DNA of 63,951 nt, the filler included, from Stramenopiles sp. TOSAG23-3 (taxonomy: Eukaryota), in NCBI GenBank assembly GCA_900128585.1. It is 4 parts of 4 records of this genome, joined end to end, with 100 filler letters (N's around TTAATTAATTAA, not from the genome) between each part and the next. Parts side by side here need not be neighbours in the genome. Positions count along the whole stretch, not along the records: positions 32,279 to 48,298 come from LT642502.1; 3 more parts are not named here. The stretch is one strand, 5' to 3'. The first letter of the stretch is position 1. Every line of letters starts with the position of its first letter. Shown in pieces: positions 33,163-44,225 of the stretch. The position numbers and the translations under genes are program-made. The notes beneath the pieces were generated by a model. That model saw only the letters and a program-made list of their open reading frames with translations, did no database searches and was not told where the DNA came from.

Positions 33163-34212
33163 ATGGCGACCATGGTAGAGAAAAAGCGAATGATAGTGGA
33201 CACCGACTGTGGAGTGGACGACGCGCAGGCGTTGATGATAGCGTTGGGTAACCTTTCGTCTTTGGACATCCTGGGAATTACGTGCGTTTCCGGCAATGTG
33301 CACCTAGACAGAGTCCTGCAGAATGTTACCCGAGTCCAGCATATGATGAGCACGAAGATTCCCGTGTACAAGGGTGCAGCATTTCCCCTTACAGGTCCCT
33401 CCGGTGTGAACGCGTCGTTCTGGCACGGCAAGGATGGGCTGGGTGATAGCGGCTTCGAGGACTTCCCGGAGGAAGTTATATATTCGAACAATAGTCCCAC
33501 TGGTTCGGCAAATGGGAGTTATTCCAGCTTTGCTGCCAACAATGCATCGCTAAACATAGTTAGGCTAGCAAAAGACCACCCTGGGGAAATCTCAATCGTT
33601 GCTCTGGGACCGCTGACGAACATTGCACTCGCAATACTTTTGGAACCGCAGCTTCCCTCACTGGTTAAAGAATTATGGTGGATGGGTGGCAGCCGGACCG
33701 GCCTCGGGAATGTAACGAAGACCGCAGAGTTCAATGCATTTGGTGACCCAGAGGCTCTCTCCCTGTGCCTGAATAGTTTTAAGTGCGTCCATTGCGTCGA
33801 CTGGCAAGCTACCTTAGACCATGGCCTCTCGTTTTCGTGGTTTGAAGGTCTGTTCAACCAGAGTACAAACCCAAGTTTTGACAGTAACACGAACGCTCAA
33901 TTTATGGAAAAAATATCTCGAAAGTTGATCAACCAGAGCAAAATATCGCCGTATTTTAAGTACGGCTATATGATCCCAGATCCCCTGTGTATGATTGCGT
34001 ACATTTTTTCCAGGTCACGCGAAGAGCACGTTGACGCTTACGTAGAGATCGAACTCAGTGGGAAGCACACGCGGGGCATGATGATAGTTGATGACGCTGC
34101 TTTGCCGATCGGGTCTGCCCTGACCGACGAGCAGAAGGTGGCCAACGTTAGGTTTTATACTGTCATCAGCATGGACGTCGTGAAGAAAGCATTTTACGAT
34201 CTATGCTTTTAA
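33163..34212 (+). CDS. Inosine-uridine-preferring nucleoside hydrolase family
   Basis: Motifs DTDCGVDDA, HGKDGLGD, ALGPLTNIA, MGG, GNVT.TAEFN..GDPEA, PDP and TRGMMIVD. Confidence 0.93.
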   Translation: MATMVEKKRMIVDTDCGVDDAQALMIALGNLSSLDILGITCVSGNVHLDRVLQNVTRVQHMMSTKIPVYKGAAFPLTGPSGVNASFWHGKDGLGDSGFEDFPEEVIYSNNSPTGSANGSYSSFAANNASLNIVRLAKDHPGEISIVALGPLTNIALAILLEPQLPSLVKELWWMGGSRTGLGNVTKTAEFNAFGDPEALSLCLNSFKCVHCVDWQATLDHGLSFSWFEGLFNQSTNPSFDSNTNAQFMEKISRKLINQSKISPYFKYGYMIPDPLCMIAYIFSRSREEHVDAYVEIELSGKHTRGMMIVDDAALPIGSALTDEQKVANVRFYTVISMDVVKKAFYDLCF

Positions 34213-34712
34213 ACTTTGTGCGGGTTGTTTCTGGAGATTGTGGCCGAAGTGGGTGCACGTTGGGGGGGGGTAGCGATCAGTGTAGAACGGCGAAGTGTGC
34301 AGCAGTGTGCAGTAGGAAAGAGGAGGAGAGGGTAACATCAGCTACGAATAGAACATTTGGGGTTGAATTGGAAATTTCAGCAGTCATATCCTCGTAACTT
34401 TCGGTGTCTCTTCAATAACAGCAGCAGCCTATTATTACATTTTTGTTAAAAAAAATTATGATGTTGTGTCATACATCAATAATTTTTGTAATAAATACAG
34501 CGTGTATAGCATAACTTTTTCATATACTATAAATAATTTATTTTTTTAAAACGTTTTCAGAAAAATAATAAATTTTGTGTTAATAGTAATATACTGATTA
34601 CTAAAGAGGTATCCCCAGAGTCTCCACCCCAAAGCAAAACAAAAGGTTTTGCGTGTGCCTATTGCGCAGTTTCTACCGCCCAGACTGGGGACAAAACCAC
34701 CAGTCACATTTC

Positions 34713-35732
34713 TTAGTTGTCCTTTACGAATTGGACGCCCTTAGCTGCTTGTGCAACAAGGTCGGGAAGCATTGCATGCAATCCTTCCTCTTCAAAGGCG
34801 CTCAACTCGCCGTAGTGGAAGACATCTTCCACTCCGTTTTCTCCCAAAAGAACTGGGGTGGAAAAGAAAGGTGCCTGCGTAACATCGTTTTCGACAAACG
34901 AGCACTCGACAATACCCTCTTCGCCAGAAAGTCCACGCAAGACTTTTTCTGCGAATTCCGCGCCCGCATAGGCCATACTAAGCGTGGCCGAACCTAAACC
35001 ATCTTTGGCCTGAACGACTTCGTCGCCGCCGAATTGGATGCGGTGGGTAAGGGCTTTCAAGTCCTCTTCGGAGAAGTTGGCACCCTCTACTTGGGAAAGA
35101 AGCGGCAAGATGGTGGTTCCAGCGTGGCCACCGATTACGGTAACATCAACTCCGTCAACATCGAACTCTTGATTCTCAGAAACGAAGGTACGGGCGCGCA
35201 CAACGTCTAAAGTGGTGACACCAAAAAGTTTCTTTGGGTTGTAGGTGCCTGCGTTCTTGAGCACTTCCGCAAAGATAGGCACGGTGCTGTTGACCGGGTT
35301 GCTAATGATCAAGTAGCAAGCGTCAGGGCAGTGCTTGGCGCACGCATCGGCAATGCCTGCAACAATACCAGCGTTGGTGTTGAACAAGTCGTCACGGGTC
35401 ATCCCTGGCTTTCTTGGGACACCGGCGGGGATAACGACGACGTCGCAGCCGTCAAGGGCGTTGCCGATTTCGTCGTTTCCAACGTGGCCAGATACGGTCG
35501 CATTGGTGGAACAGTGAGAGATATCAGCGGCAACGCCTGGAGTGTTTACTACGTCAAACAGGGACAGATGGTCTACGTAGTCCGATTGTTTCAACAGCAA
35601 GGAAAGTGGCTGGCCAATACCCCCGGCGGCCCCAACGACGGCTACTTTGGCAGCAGCGGCCGGGGTCTTCGAAAAGGCACGACGTCCAACAACGTTGGCA
35701 AGTTTTTGGGTAACACGGGCAGTGGTTTGCAT
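34713..35732 (-). CDS. MDH2: Mitochondrial NAD-malate dehydrogenase
   Basis: Transit-like N-terminus (RRAFS), [54 protein letters not shown] and [10 protein letters not shown]. Confidence 0.97.
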   Translation of the reverse strand: MQTTARVTQKLANVVGRRAFSKTPAAAAKVAVVGAAGGIGQPLSLLLKQSDYVDHLSLFDVVNTPGVAADISHCSTNATVSGHVGNDEIGNALDGCDVVVIPAGVPRKPGMTRDDLFNTNAGIVAGIADACAKHCPDACYLIISNPVNSTVPIFAEVLKNAGTYNPKKLFGVTTLDVVRARTFVSENQEFDVDGVDVTVIGGHAGTTILPLLSQVEGANFSEEDLKALTHRIQFGGDEVVQAKDGLGSATLSMAYAGAEFAEKVLRGLSGEEGIVECSFVENDVTQAPFFSTPVLLGENGVEDVFHYGELSAFEEEGLHAMLPDLVAQAAKGVQFVKDN

Positions 35733-37205
35733 GGTTTCTTTTGAAGTGGTTTGTTATGGTTTCAAATTGTAATTGTTTATTTTATTTTGATGTTAGATTT
35801 GCAATTGGTAATTATACCCTGTGATAATTCGATTGTTGATTTAGGTCAGGTACCTTTACACGAATACAGCCATTCGTTCATAAATCACGGAGACAGACAT
35901 GCAAGGAGGTATTTCATTATCATCCTGCTCCTCTCTCTATTATTATTATGTATTTCGCTGCTTAAAATAATTTTATTATTTTTTATTTTTTATTTGCGCG
36001 AAGAAAGAAGAAGAAGAAGAAGAGGAGAAGGAGAGAAGAAGAGAAGAGAACGAACGAGACACAGAAATAATTAATAATACATACATAGAAATACCATTAT
36101 TATTGTCATGTCATCGTCATCATTTTTTTTAATTTTATTATTTTTTTTTAAAAAGATGATTATTAAAAAATAAGATTCCTCTTGCTTCCTTCTTCTTCCT
36201 TGTACTGAAATACATTACACAACATAGGAAAATGTGCGAATAAAAAAATATTATTAGAAAAACCTTCTTCTTAAAAAAACAATTATTTTTATCAAATCTT
36301 AGCTAAGGTACGTTATACTACAATAAACACAGTATGGAGATAGAATACTATAACGTGTGGTCCTCATTCCTTCCTCCGCCTTTATCTCATTATATATAGG
36401 AATACAAAAGAAACGAGTGAAACGTTCAATTTGTATAGAGTATAATAATGGAAATAAATAAAAATAATAGTCGTCCTAACCAAAATCCAATATAGGAAAC
36501 ATAATATACCTATATATATTCTTCTTCGTGGTATACTTTTAATTCGTAATATTTTATAGTAAAAGAATGTGTTTTGATAAATATCTTTGACTACGACTCG
36601 TACTTATCGATGTTTGTATATTTATATAATTTAATCATGTATTGTTTTTCATATACATATAGGTATGTAAATAATGTTTCGAAATTAGAAACTGTGTGTG
36701 TGTGTGTCACGTGTCACCACAGCTCAGCAGTGCTCAGTCATACATAATTGAAGACAATGAAAATAATAATGAAGTTCTATAATACAGTACAACAGTAGAA
36801 CGAAAGACTTCTTGGGTTTTTTTGGAAGAAGTTTCATATTTTTTGAATATAATATTTTATTTGAGAAATTTTATTTATTTTTTTTGGCTTTTTTTATTAA
36901 CAAAAATAGGAGCACAGCATCATTATAATATTACCTTGGTATAATATTATCGCATCATACATACAACAACAAAACATCGTTATTCTTCATCATGTTCATG
37001 CGTTATTTAAAGTGTTATTAGTTCGAATACGCAATGAAGTGGCATCTGCATGAGAGCAATCTTTCCTTGCTTAGACTCGCGTTAAAGTACACCTCATCGG
37101 GATTGTCGGTAAGCCCGCGTCTTACTCGCACGCTCCGTTGACACGCCAAGTTTCTGGACCGATTCTGTTCGACCAAAAGAGGCATCGCTGGAAGCTCGGT
37201 TTATT

Positions 37206-38312
37206 ATGGGACAGCAAATAACTAAATTTCTGGACCTTTTTGACCCAGAAAAAATACTGGAGAAATTACGAGAGGGGTGCCCATTGAGCGATGAGGATTT
37301 AGAGGATCTGCGAATGAATTCAAAACTCCCGATCTTGACGATTTTAAAACTTTACAGACGATTCCAAGAATACATAGAAGTTCTTCACCCCGACAACTTC
37401 AACGTCTTGGAGATCCCGGAGAACAAATTCAAGCACATCCCCGCCCTTCACTTCAACCCACTGCGCCGGCGCGTAATTATGTGCTGCAGGAAGAAGAAGG
37501 AGGAGAAGAAACCAATTGTATTTTCCGATTTTGTAAATATGATGTCCATTCTAAATCCGGATGGGAAAATTGACGTAAAACTAAAGTTTGCGTTCCGGCT
37601 GTATGACTTCGACGAGGACGGGAAAATCGGTTTCGAGGACTTGAAAAAGTATTTGAACGCAGTAACGTTGTTTGACACCGCGGCAGCCGCAACAAATGGC
37701 GACAAAGGGGGGGGCAAAGACAAAGAAAAAGTTGAGACAAATGGGAAAAGTGCTAAGAACGGTAGGAAGGGTGAGAAGAAGGAAGACGACATATACAACA
37801 TATCACCAGAAGAGGTAATTGACCGGATTGCTAGGAAAACGATGACCGAGTGTGGGGGCGCAGAAGCGGAGTCCGACCCAACGGTGGCGTTTATAAAATT
37901 AGAAGATTTTGCGAAAACGTTAATGCATTCTGATTTTGCCGGGAAATATGCCCTTCACTTGAACTTAGGGCATTCCTCAAAAGTTTTGTTTACAAAGATA
38001 CTGGAGGACCTGAAACAGACGAAAGATACGATAGACGACTCAGACGACGAGGAGGAACCAAAACCCGAGGAGAAAAAGAGCAGCATCAAGCTTCCGAACA
38101 GTGCAGTTGCCGAGAGCACCAACTTGGCAGCACAGAAGAAGCCCGAAGAAAGGCGGGTTGAAATTAAAGTCGAGGAGGAGGAGAAAGACGAATATCCGTA
38201 CGACGACGATCAGTACTCGGATGAGCTAAGTGATTATACGGATGAAGAGGACCCCTACGAGGATTATATGAATCAATTAGACCCCAATGAACAACGTGGT
38301 GGCAATCGCTAA
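37206..38312 (+). CDS. Calcineurin-B/CIB-like EF-hand protein with an acidic C-terminal extension
   Basis: MG start (possible myristoylation), IPALHFNPL..R, KLKFAFRLYDFDEDGKIGFEDL and IKLEDF. Confidence 0.8.
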   Translation: MGQQITKFLDLFDPEKILEKLREGCPLSDEDLEDLRMNSKLPILTILKLYRRFQEYIEVLHPDNFNVLEIPENKFKHIPALHFNPLRRRVIMCCRKKKEEKKPIVFSDFVNMMSILNPDGKIDVKLKFAFRLYDFDEDGKIGFEDLKKYLNAVTLFDTAAAATNGDKGGGKDKEKVETNGKSAKNGRKGEKKEDDIYNISPEEVIDRIARKTMTECGGAEAESDPTVAFIKLEDFAKTLMHSDFAGKYALHLNLGHSSKVLFTKILEDLKQTKDTIDDSDDEEEPKPEEKKSSIKLPNSAVAESTNLAAQKKPEERRVEIKVEEEEKDEYPYDDDQYSDELSDYTDEEDPYEDYMNQLDPNEQRGGNR

Positions 38313-38807
38313 AAATTAATAATAAAAAATTTGTTTTGTTGAATTTTTTATTCGTTCGCTCCGCTGTGATCAACTATTACCTATCTAATAAAACCAATAT
38401 TAAGTATAATAATAATGTATTCTAATTAAGTGTGGTCATCAAGAAGAAGAAGAGGAAGAGGTGGATTGTTGTAGCTTCTCTTCTTCTTCGCAAAACGAAA
38501 AAAACAACAAACAACGACGAAGAAGAAGAAAAAATAAAATGAAAAAAAACACACAACACAACACACCACTGTATATTTTAATACAACAACAGGAGAGAGA
38601 GTTATTTATTATTATTGTTGTTCTATAATAAATAATAAATAAAGAAATTGATCAGCAAAGCATTTATTTATATCATACACAATCATCAAACGAATTGAAA
38701 TAGAAGAAAAAAACAGCGAAGAAAAACACAGAAGCGAAGAAGAGTGTTGATTCGACTGTTTTTAAACTCTTTTGTCGCTTATTCAATATACCTCGCAGAA
38801 ACGCACA

Positions 38808-39089
38808 ATGTCCTTGTTTGGTAGAGGAAATTCACTCCAGAGGGATATGGAGCAAATGCAGCAGGAGCTGCACATTGAGGCCACCCAAGCTTTGTTTACT
38901 TCCCTTTCTAAGATTTGTTTCCGAAAGTGTGTCCCGCATTTTGTCGAAGAAGAGCTTGCTGTAGGTGAATTAAGTTGTGTAGATCGATGCGTTTCAAAGT
39001 ATATGAAGACAAACGTAAAGGTTGGAGCGATCATGAATGAGTTCCAGCAAGCCGAAGCACTTGCCCAAGGAATGCAGCCACCACAGTAA
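38808..39089 (+). CDS. TIM10: Mitochondrial small Tim chaperone, Tim10-like
   Basis: Twin CX3C (CFRKC...CVDRC) in the context EELAVGELSCVDRCVSKY. Confidence 0.88.
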   Translation: MSLFGRGNSLQRDMEQMQQELHIEATQALFTSLSKICFRKCVPHFVEEELAVGELSCVDRCVSKYMKTNVKVGAIMNEFQQAEALAQGMQPPQ

Positions 39090-39234
39090 TAGGGCCTCGC
39101 GTCCGGACGCGACGGTTTTGTAGTATACTTTTTGCGGTTTGTAAATTTTAAAAATATCTTCGGTATTAAATCATAGCCTCCGCGCAAAACCTTTAAATTT
39201 GTACAATAGGGAGCTCTACGTTATTTAAATTACT

Positions 39235-41739
39235 TTACTGCGTCATTCTCCTGGAGGCAAACTGCTTCTTCAGCATGTCGGCAAGGCTTCCCCCTCCGCC
39301 GCCACCAGCCCCAGAGTCGTCCTTACTCGTTGGGGTCGACTTGTCTCTGGTGTTTGTCTTTTTCAGCGCATTCTTGCTGAACGCTTTGATCCCTGCAAGC
39401 ATACCGCCACGCCCAGCCTGGGCCGTTGGGACAGAAGCTTTGAGTGGGGCGGGCATCGGTGGAGGCGGGCGGGGAGGCGGCATCGTTGCTGAACGTGCCC
39501 TCGGCGCCGCCTGGCTGTTCGGGCCGGGCGGGAACAGCTTGTCCGCGTCCACTCCGGCCTGCATCATTTTGACCCGTACGGCCCCCTCCGGGACTCCCAT
39601 TTTCAACATCTTCTGAAACGGGGCATACTCTAGCCCCAGGGTTGGCACGGAGGCAGCCATGGGGGGGGCGGTTGTCGCGGCCCCACCACCCGAGGAAGGG
39701 CCGTCAAACAGGGGACCAGGGTCTAACCCGGCAACGCCCATTTTGGCGCGCACAGCGCCCTCCGGAACGCCCATTTTCAGCATCTTCTGAAACCGGGCAT
39801 ACTCTGGGCCAAGGGTTGGGGCAGGCGTCAGTGGAGTAGTTTCTCCCTCGGGGGCCTCTGGCGCTGTATCTTCGACCGTTACGCTCAATTCTGGCTGGTC
39901 GAGATGCATCGATGGGGATGGAGACCGTGACATGGGCGGAGACCGCGACAAGTTCGTCCCACGACGTTTTCTTCGGTACCGCCCACGACGAGTTTTTTCG
40001 ACGACCAACTTGTCCGACAGGGGGCTCACGTCCTCGGTGCGAGGCCCGCCCTTGCCGCTTTCTTTGGCGTGCTTGCCTTTCTTTTTGGCTTTCCAGTACC
40101 CAGTCGTGCAACACTCTGCCAGCATTGATTTCCATTCGCTCGAAAAATTATCCGGGAATTCGTCCGCTGACAAATCAATGGGAACAGACATTATTCCAAT
40201 GTCTTCCTGGTCTGGGAACTGGAAAAAGCCCACTGAGACTATTTCCTCCAGCTTCACACGGCCTTTCTTCCGTTTTTCCAGCTCGAGCGCGCCTTCATCC
40301 TGCCCTTTCTTCGAGTCGTCCCCGGCCTCTACACCCTCGCCCGGGGCATCTTTGGAGTCTGCGCCTGCGCTTTCTTCCTTGGCACCGTCCTCGGCACCGT
40401 CACCCCGGTCGTTTTTCTGTACTTCCTCTGCCCTCCCCCCGGCCTCGTCCTCCGACGAAAACGGCTCTTCCTCGTCCCGCACCCACCCGCCTTCAAAGAT
40501 CAGGTCCAATATGCGCCGGACCGGGCTGTTCCAGCGCTGCCGAGTTGCGCTTAACCCGGTGTAATCTGGCTTCGAGTATTCGAGTTTCATGCCGAACGCC
40601 ATTTCAAAAAAGAGAAATCCAAAAATGATGGCCAGGGGCTCCGCGCGCCTCTTCGAGGCCGCCTTCTTGATCAATCGGTCGATGTCTTCTGCGAAACAAC
40701 TTCGGTAGCCGAACAATGCCGTCTCGTAGCCCGTCAGTACTATTCGGTACGAACCCACGGCGTCGGACAGGACAAGCACGTTCCCACAATGCAACGGAAT
40801 GTTCGTGAACCCGTGCTTTTTCAAGGCGATGAGGCCTTCCAGAATCTGTCGGCCCCATATCCTCAGTTTGTTTATTTTCAACGGGCGGCCTCCCCGTGTG
40901 TACATCTTCTTGCGCTGCAAAAGAGGGTCCTGGACTTTGTAGATGAGGTCCCGGAGGCTTCCCGCTTTTATGAAAGGGTTCCCCACCGCGATCACCGGGA
41001 ACTCGGTGCTTCTGTTTGAAACTATGTCGACTTCCCACGTCGGCAACAGGTAAGGGTGCCGAATGGACGTCAGCCCGAACGTGAGCGTCTCAAAAAGGGC
41101 CGGGTCGTTAATGATGCTCTGGATGCGCCGACTGGGGATGGTAAAGAGCGACATGACAACTTCAAACTTCCGAACGTTCTTTCGGTCCTGGGCCTTGACA
41201 CGGTGCGTGGCCTCCTCTTTGTCCAAGGCGTCCGGGCAGTACTCTACTAAAAAAAACTGCTTCTCCTCCCTTTGCCCCCACTGCACGAGGGGGATGTCAA
41301 TCCACTTGTAAAAGATCGAGTTGCGGCAAAAGGTCGCGGCCTTTACCGCCGCGGCCGCCAGCGCAGCGGCGGGGCTGGCCACTTTCTTCCTCGCGCTCGC
41401 GGACGCCCCGCCAAAACCAAACATCTGTTTGCTGTCTATTTCCCTCTGTAGCCGCTTGCGGCTGTTCCTGTCCAACCGCTTCTCTCGCTGCGGGCTCTGG
41501 CGCTTCGGGGAGCTAAGTAGGCGCCGGGACGCTGCGCCCGCCCGGCCACCCTCCCCCGACCCGTATCGACTCGGTTCGTTGTGCCCTTTCCCCCGTTCCA
41601 TAAAGTCGAACGGGTCTGCCGACGGAATTTGCGTGTACTGCCTTCGCAACATTTGGCGCTCCCTCCAAAGCCTCAAAAACATAAGCATAGTCCCAAAAAT
41701 GATGCTGCATATAAACACGAGGATTAAATCGCCCAACAT
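39235..41739 (-). CDS. PXK/Slob-like pseudokinase with an N-terminal TM helix, two CCDC53-like repeats, polyproline and WH2
   Basis: Kinase-like HPYLLP, GSLRDLIYK, WGRQILEGL and LHCGNV with no HRD or DFG. Two copies of EY..FQKMLKMGVPEGAVR.KM. WH2-like RGGMLAGIKAFSKNALKKT. Confidence 0.78.
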   Translation of the reverse strand: MLGDLILVFICSIIFGTMLMFLRLWRERQMLRRQYTQIPSADPFDFMERGKGHNEPSRYGSGEGGRAGAASRRLLSSPKRQSPQREKRLDRNSRKRLQREIDSKQMFGFGGASASARKKVASPAAALAAAAVKAATFCRNSIFYKWIDIPLVQWGQREEKQFFLVEYCPDALDKEEATHRVKAQDRKNVRKFEVVMSLFTIPSRRIQSIINDPALFETLTFGLTSIRHPYLLPTWEVDIVSNRSTEFPVIAVGNPFIKAGSLRDLIYKVQDPLLQRKKMYTRGGRPLKINKLRIWGRQILEGLIALKKHGFTNIPLHCGNVLVLSDAVGSYRIVLTGYETALFGYRSCFAEDIDRLIKKAASKRRAEPLAIIFGFLFFEMAFGMKLEYSKPDYTGLSATRQRWNSPVRRILDLIFEGGWVRDEEEPFSSEDEAGGRAEEVQKNDRGDGAEDGAKEESAGADSKDAPGEGVEAGDDSKKGQDEGALELEKRKKGRVKLEEIVSVGFFQFPDQEDIGIMSVPIDLSADEFPDNFSSEWKSMLAECCTTGYWKAKKKGKHAKESGKGGPRTEDVSPLSDKLVVEKTRRGRYRRKRRGTNLSRSPPMSRSPSPSMHLDQPELSVTVEDTAPEAPEGETTPLTPAPTLGPEYARFQKMLKMGVPEGAVRAKMGVAGLDPGPLFDGPSSGGGAATTAPPMAASVPTLGLEYAPFQKMLKMGVPEGAVRVKMMQAGVDADKLFPPGPNSQAAPRARSATMPPPRPPPPMPAPLKASVPTAQAGRGGMLAGIKAFSKNALKKTNTRDKSTPTSKDDSGAGGGGGGSLADMLKKQFASRRMTQ

Positions 41740-42169
41740 GATGACACTTCACCCCCCCTCCCTGTTCGATTGGCGTGCCCGGAACGGTCGGCAGTACTGT
41801 TACAGAGCAAACAACACACCAAACACGCACCGGTGCAACTAACGTCCCAACCCGAATGAAAGAAAAAGAACGAAAATGAAAACAGAGGAATCGGTCGTCG
41901 CAGGTTAACTCTTATCTTGTCCTAACGTTTACTTACACACGAAGATTTTCAACAATTGTTTTGTTTCGTAATAAACTTTTTTGGTGTACAGTACCGTCTT
42001 TATATATGTATTGCATAAAAGAATTGAAGAAACCATTATTATAATAATCATCTCTCTATTATTTTTTATAATCATCATCAACTCTACTATAATATATTAT
42101 TACATTAAACCATCATCACACTACTACTACTACTATTATTCCAATATAACAACAACTCTTCTTTTCTTC

Positions 42170-42201
<32 letters not shown>

Positions 42202-42769
42202 AATACTGTATGTAAATAAATATAATAATAAATAAAAAAAATCAATCAATCTATCTTCTCAATCAATCTCAATCAATAATCCATATCACTGTGTGCATCC
42301 TCTTTTTTCTTTCTTCATTTTGTATTCTATTATAGTTTTGATAGGAATATATAAATATTGTATAGCATAGGCCAGCCAATCCAATGACGGACGGACAGGG
42401 GACAGGGATACCGGTACAGGTATTAATACCAGGTACGGTACCTAGTATTAATACCTCCTTCCTCCTCCTCCTTGAAAAATAATAAAATTTATTAATAATA
42501 ATATAAGAAGAGAAGAAGAAGAAGAAGTAACTCTTTTTTACTATAATATAATTAATAATAATAATAATATAGATAGTTCGTTGTTAGTTTATCTTCTTGA
42601 TGGTATATATGTAAAAAGAATGAAAGAGAAAATAGAAATGATGTTACACTGAAGAAAGATAATAGTTTAAAACAAATCGATTCAATAATAGTTCAATCCA
42701 ATTCAATTTCAATTGAAGCAACGACAGGAAGGGGGGTAGAGCTGTCGACGCACGGGGACATATATACGT

Positions 42770-43750
42770 ATGCGTGGAATGAGAGGGGTTGTGCCGGGGG
42801 AAGGAGGTGGTGGGAGCGGGGCGGTATCGGTGGAACTGATGGAAGAGGATGGTAGCTACAACACGGAGTTAACACCAACGATTTTATTTGGCATTTGTCT
42901 GTCGGTCCTGGCATCAATGATGAACTCCACGGGCTTAAACTTGCAACGGTATGCCAAGACGAAAGAGAAACCGTTTCTGAACTTTGTGGGCATATTCCTC
43001 AGTACCGTCTGCGGCCTTGTCGATATGTGCAGCTTTCACTATGCACCCCAGTCTTTACTCGCGCCAATCGGCGCGATGACGCTGGTCTTTAACCTGATGC
43101 TAGCACCGGTTATGCATGGAGAGATGCTGGGCAAAGTCGATTTCATGTCTACGTTTTTTGTCTTTGGTGGGACCGTAACCTGCCTGTACTTTGGCAGTCG
43201 GCACAAGGAAACGTACAGCTTGGAGGAAATCAGCACGCTCGCCTCTCGGCCGATTTTCCGGGCGTACGTAGTGTTCATTTTTGTAACGGTTGTCTCGCTT
43301 GCCATGTACCTTCGCAATTCTGAAATACTGGGGCGAGGGGCGCTGCGCCGAGTGGGCGTAGGTTACCCCGTCTGCGCGGGAATATTGGGCGGAGTGACCG
43401 TGTTGACCGTTCGCACCGTTGGCGAAATATTCAAATCGCCGGATTACACGTACGGCCTCGTGGGCATGTTGGTCATGCTCCTTGTGATGGTTGCAGCTTC
43501 TCAAGTTTTTGTTCTGAACCGAGGGTTGGGAAGGCACTCTTCGCTTTTGATTATCCCTGTATTTACGGGAACGTTCATCACGAGCAACATAATTGGAGGG
43601 GGCATCCTGTACAATGAGTTTGCACGGGCAAGTCCAACAGAGCGAAATGCATATTTTCTCGGGCTCTCCATGGTGATTTCTGGGGTTCTGTTTCTCACCT
43701 CAAAAGAACAGAAGGCAAAGAAATTGATCAAGGTTGTCGAGACGCAGTAA
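42770..43750 (+). CDS. NIPA-family (DMT) magnesium transporter
   Basis: GLNLQR, YAPQSLLAPIGAMTLVFN and QVFVLNRGL, with about nine hydrophobic segments. Confidence 0.88.
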   Translation: MRGMRGVVPGEGGGGSGAVSVELMEEDGSYNTELTPTILFGICLSVLASMMNSTGLNLQRYAKTKEKPFLNFVGIFLSTVCGLVDMCSFHYAPQSLLAPIGAMTLVFNLMLAPVMHGEMLGKVDFMSTFFVFGGTVTCLYFGSRHKETYSLEEISTLASRPIFRAYVVFIFVTVVSLAMYLRNSEILGRGALRRVGVGYPVCAGILGGVTVLTVRTVGEIFKSPDYTYGLVGMLVMLLVMVAASQVFVLNRGLGRHSSLLIIPVFTGTFITSNIIGGGILYNEFARASPTERNAYFLGLSMVISGVLFLTSKEQKAKKLIKVVETQ

Positions 43751-43917
43751 AATATTTTCAAGGTTTAGAATATTTTTTAAAATACTGGTGATTGAGAGTA
43801 CGTTGTCCAGCATCTTTATAAAGTTCTTAACTCAATTTCAACTGCAGAGGCTGAGTCCAACGGTCGTAGGATTGTATAGCCAATATGATAATAATGTTGT
43901 TAAAAAAGTGAAAAAAC

Positions 43918-43946
43918 TAAAATAACAGCCAATTTTTTGTTTTTAA
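43918..43946 (+). repeat. Solo copy of repeat motif A
   Basis: aaataacagccaattttttgtttt. Confidence 0.75.
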
Positions 43947-44225
43947 AAAAGTGATTATTTGGGGGTGGTGGTGGTAGACTAGTATATGATGATTGGTAAA
44001 TAATTAGGGCAAAAACACCACCTGAAATCTAGTTATTCGTCTAATAGTACCTGGTACCTACCTGTACTGTACCTGGTTTAAAACCGTACTGTGTAAAAAA
44101 ACAAATTATAGAGGTATATGTGCTTGTAATATTCTTATCTATATCATATCAAACACAATATATGTGTACGTAACTTCGTATGATAACTTTGTTGTATTTA
44201 AATTTATAAAAAGCAGTGCCCCCTT

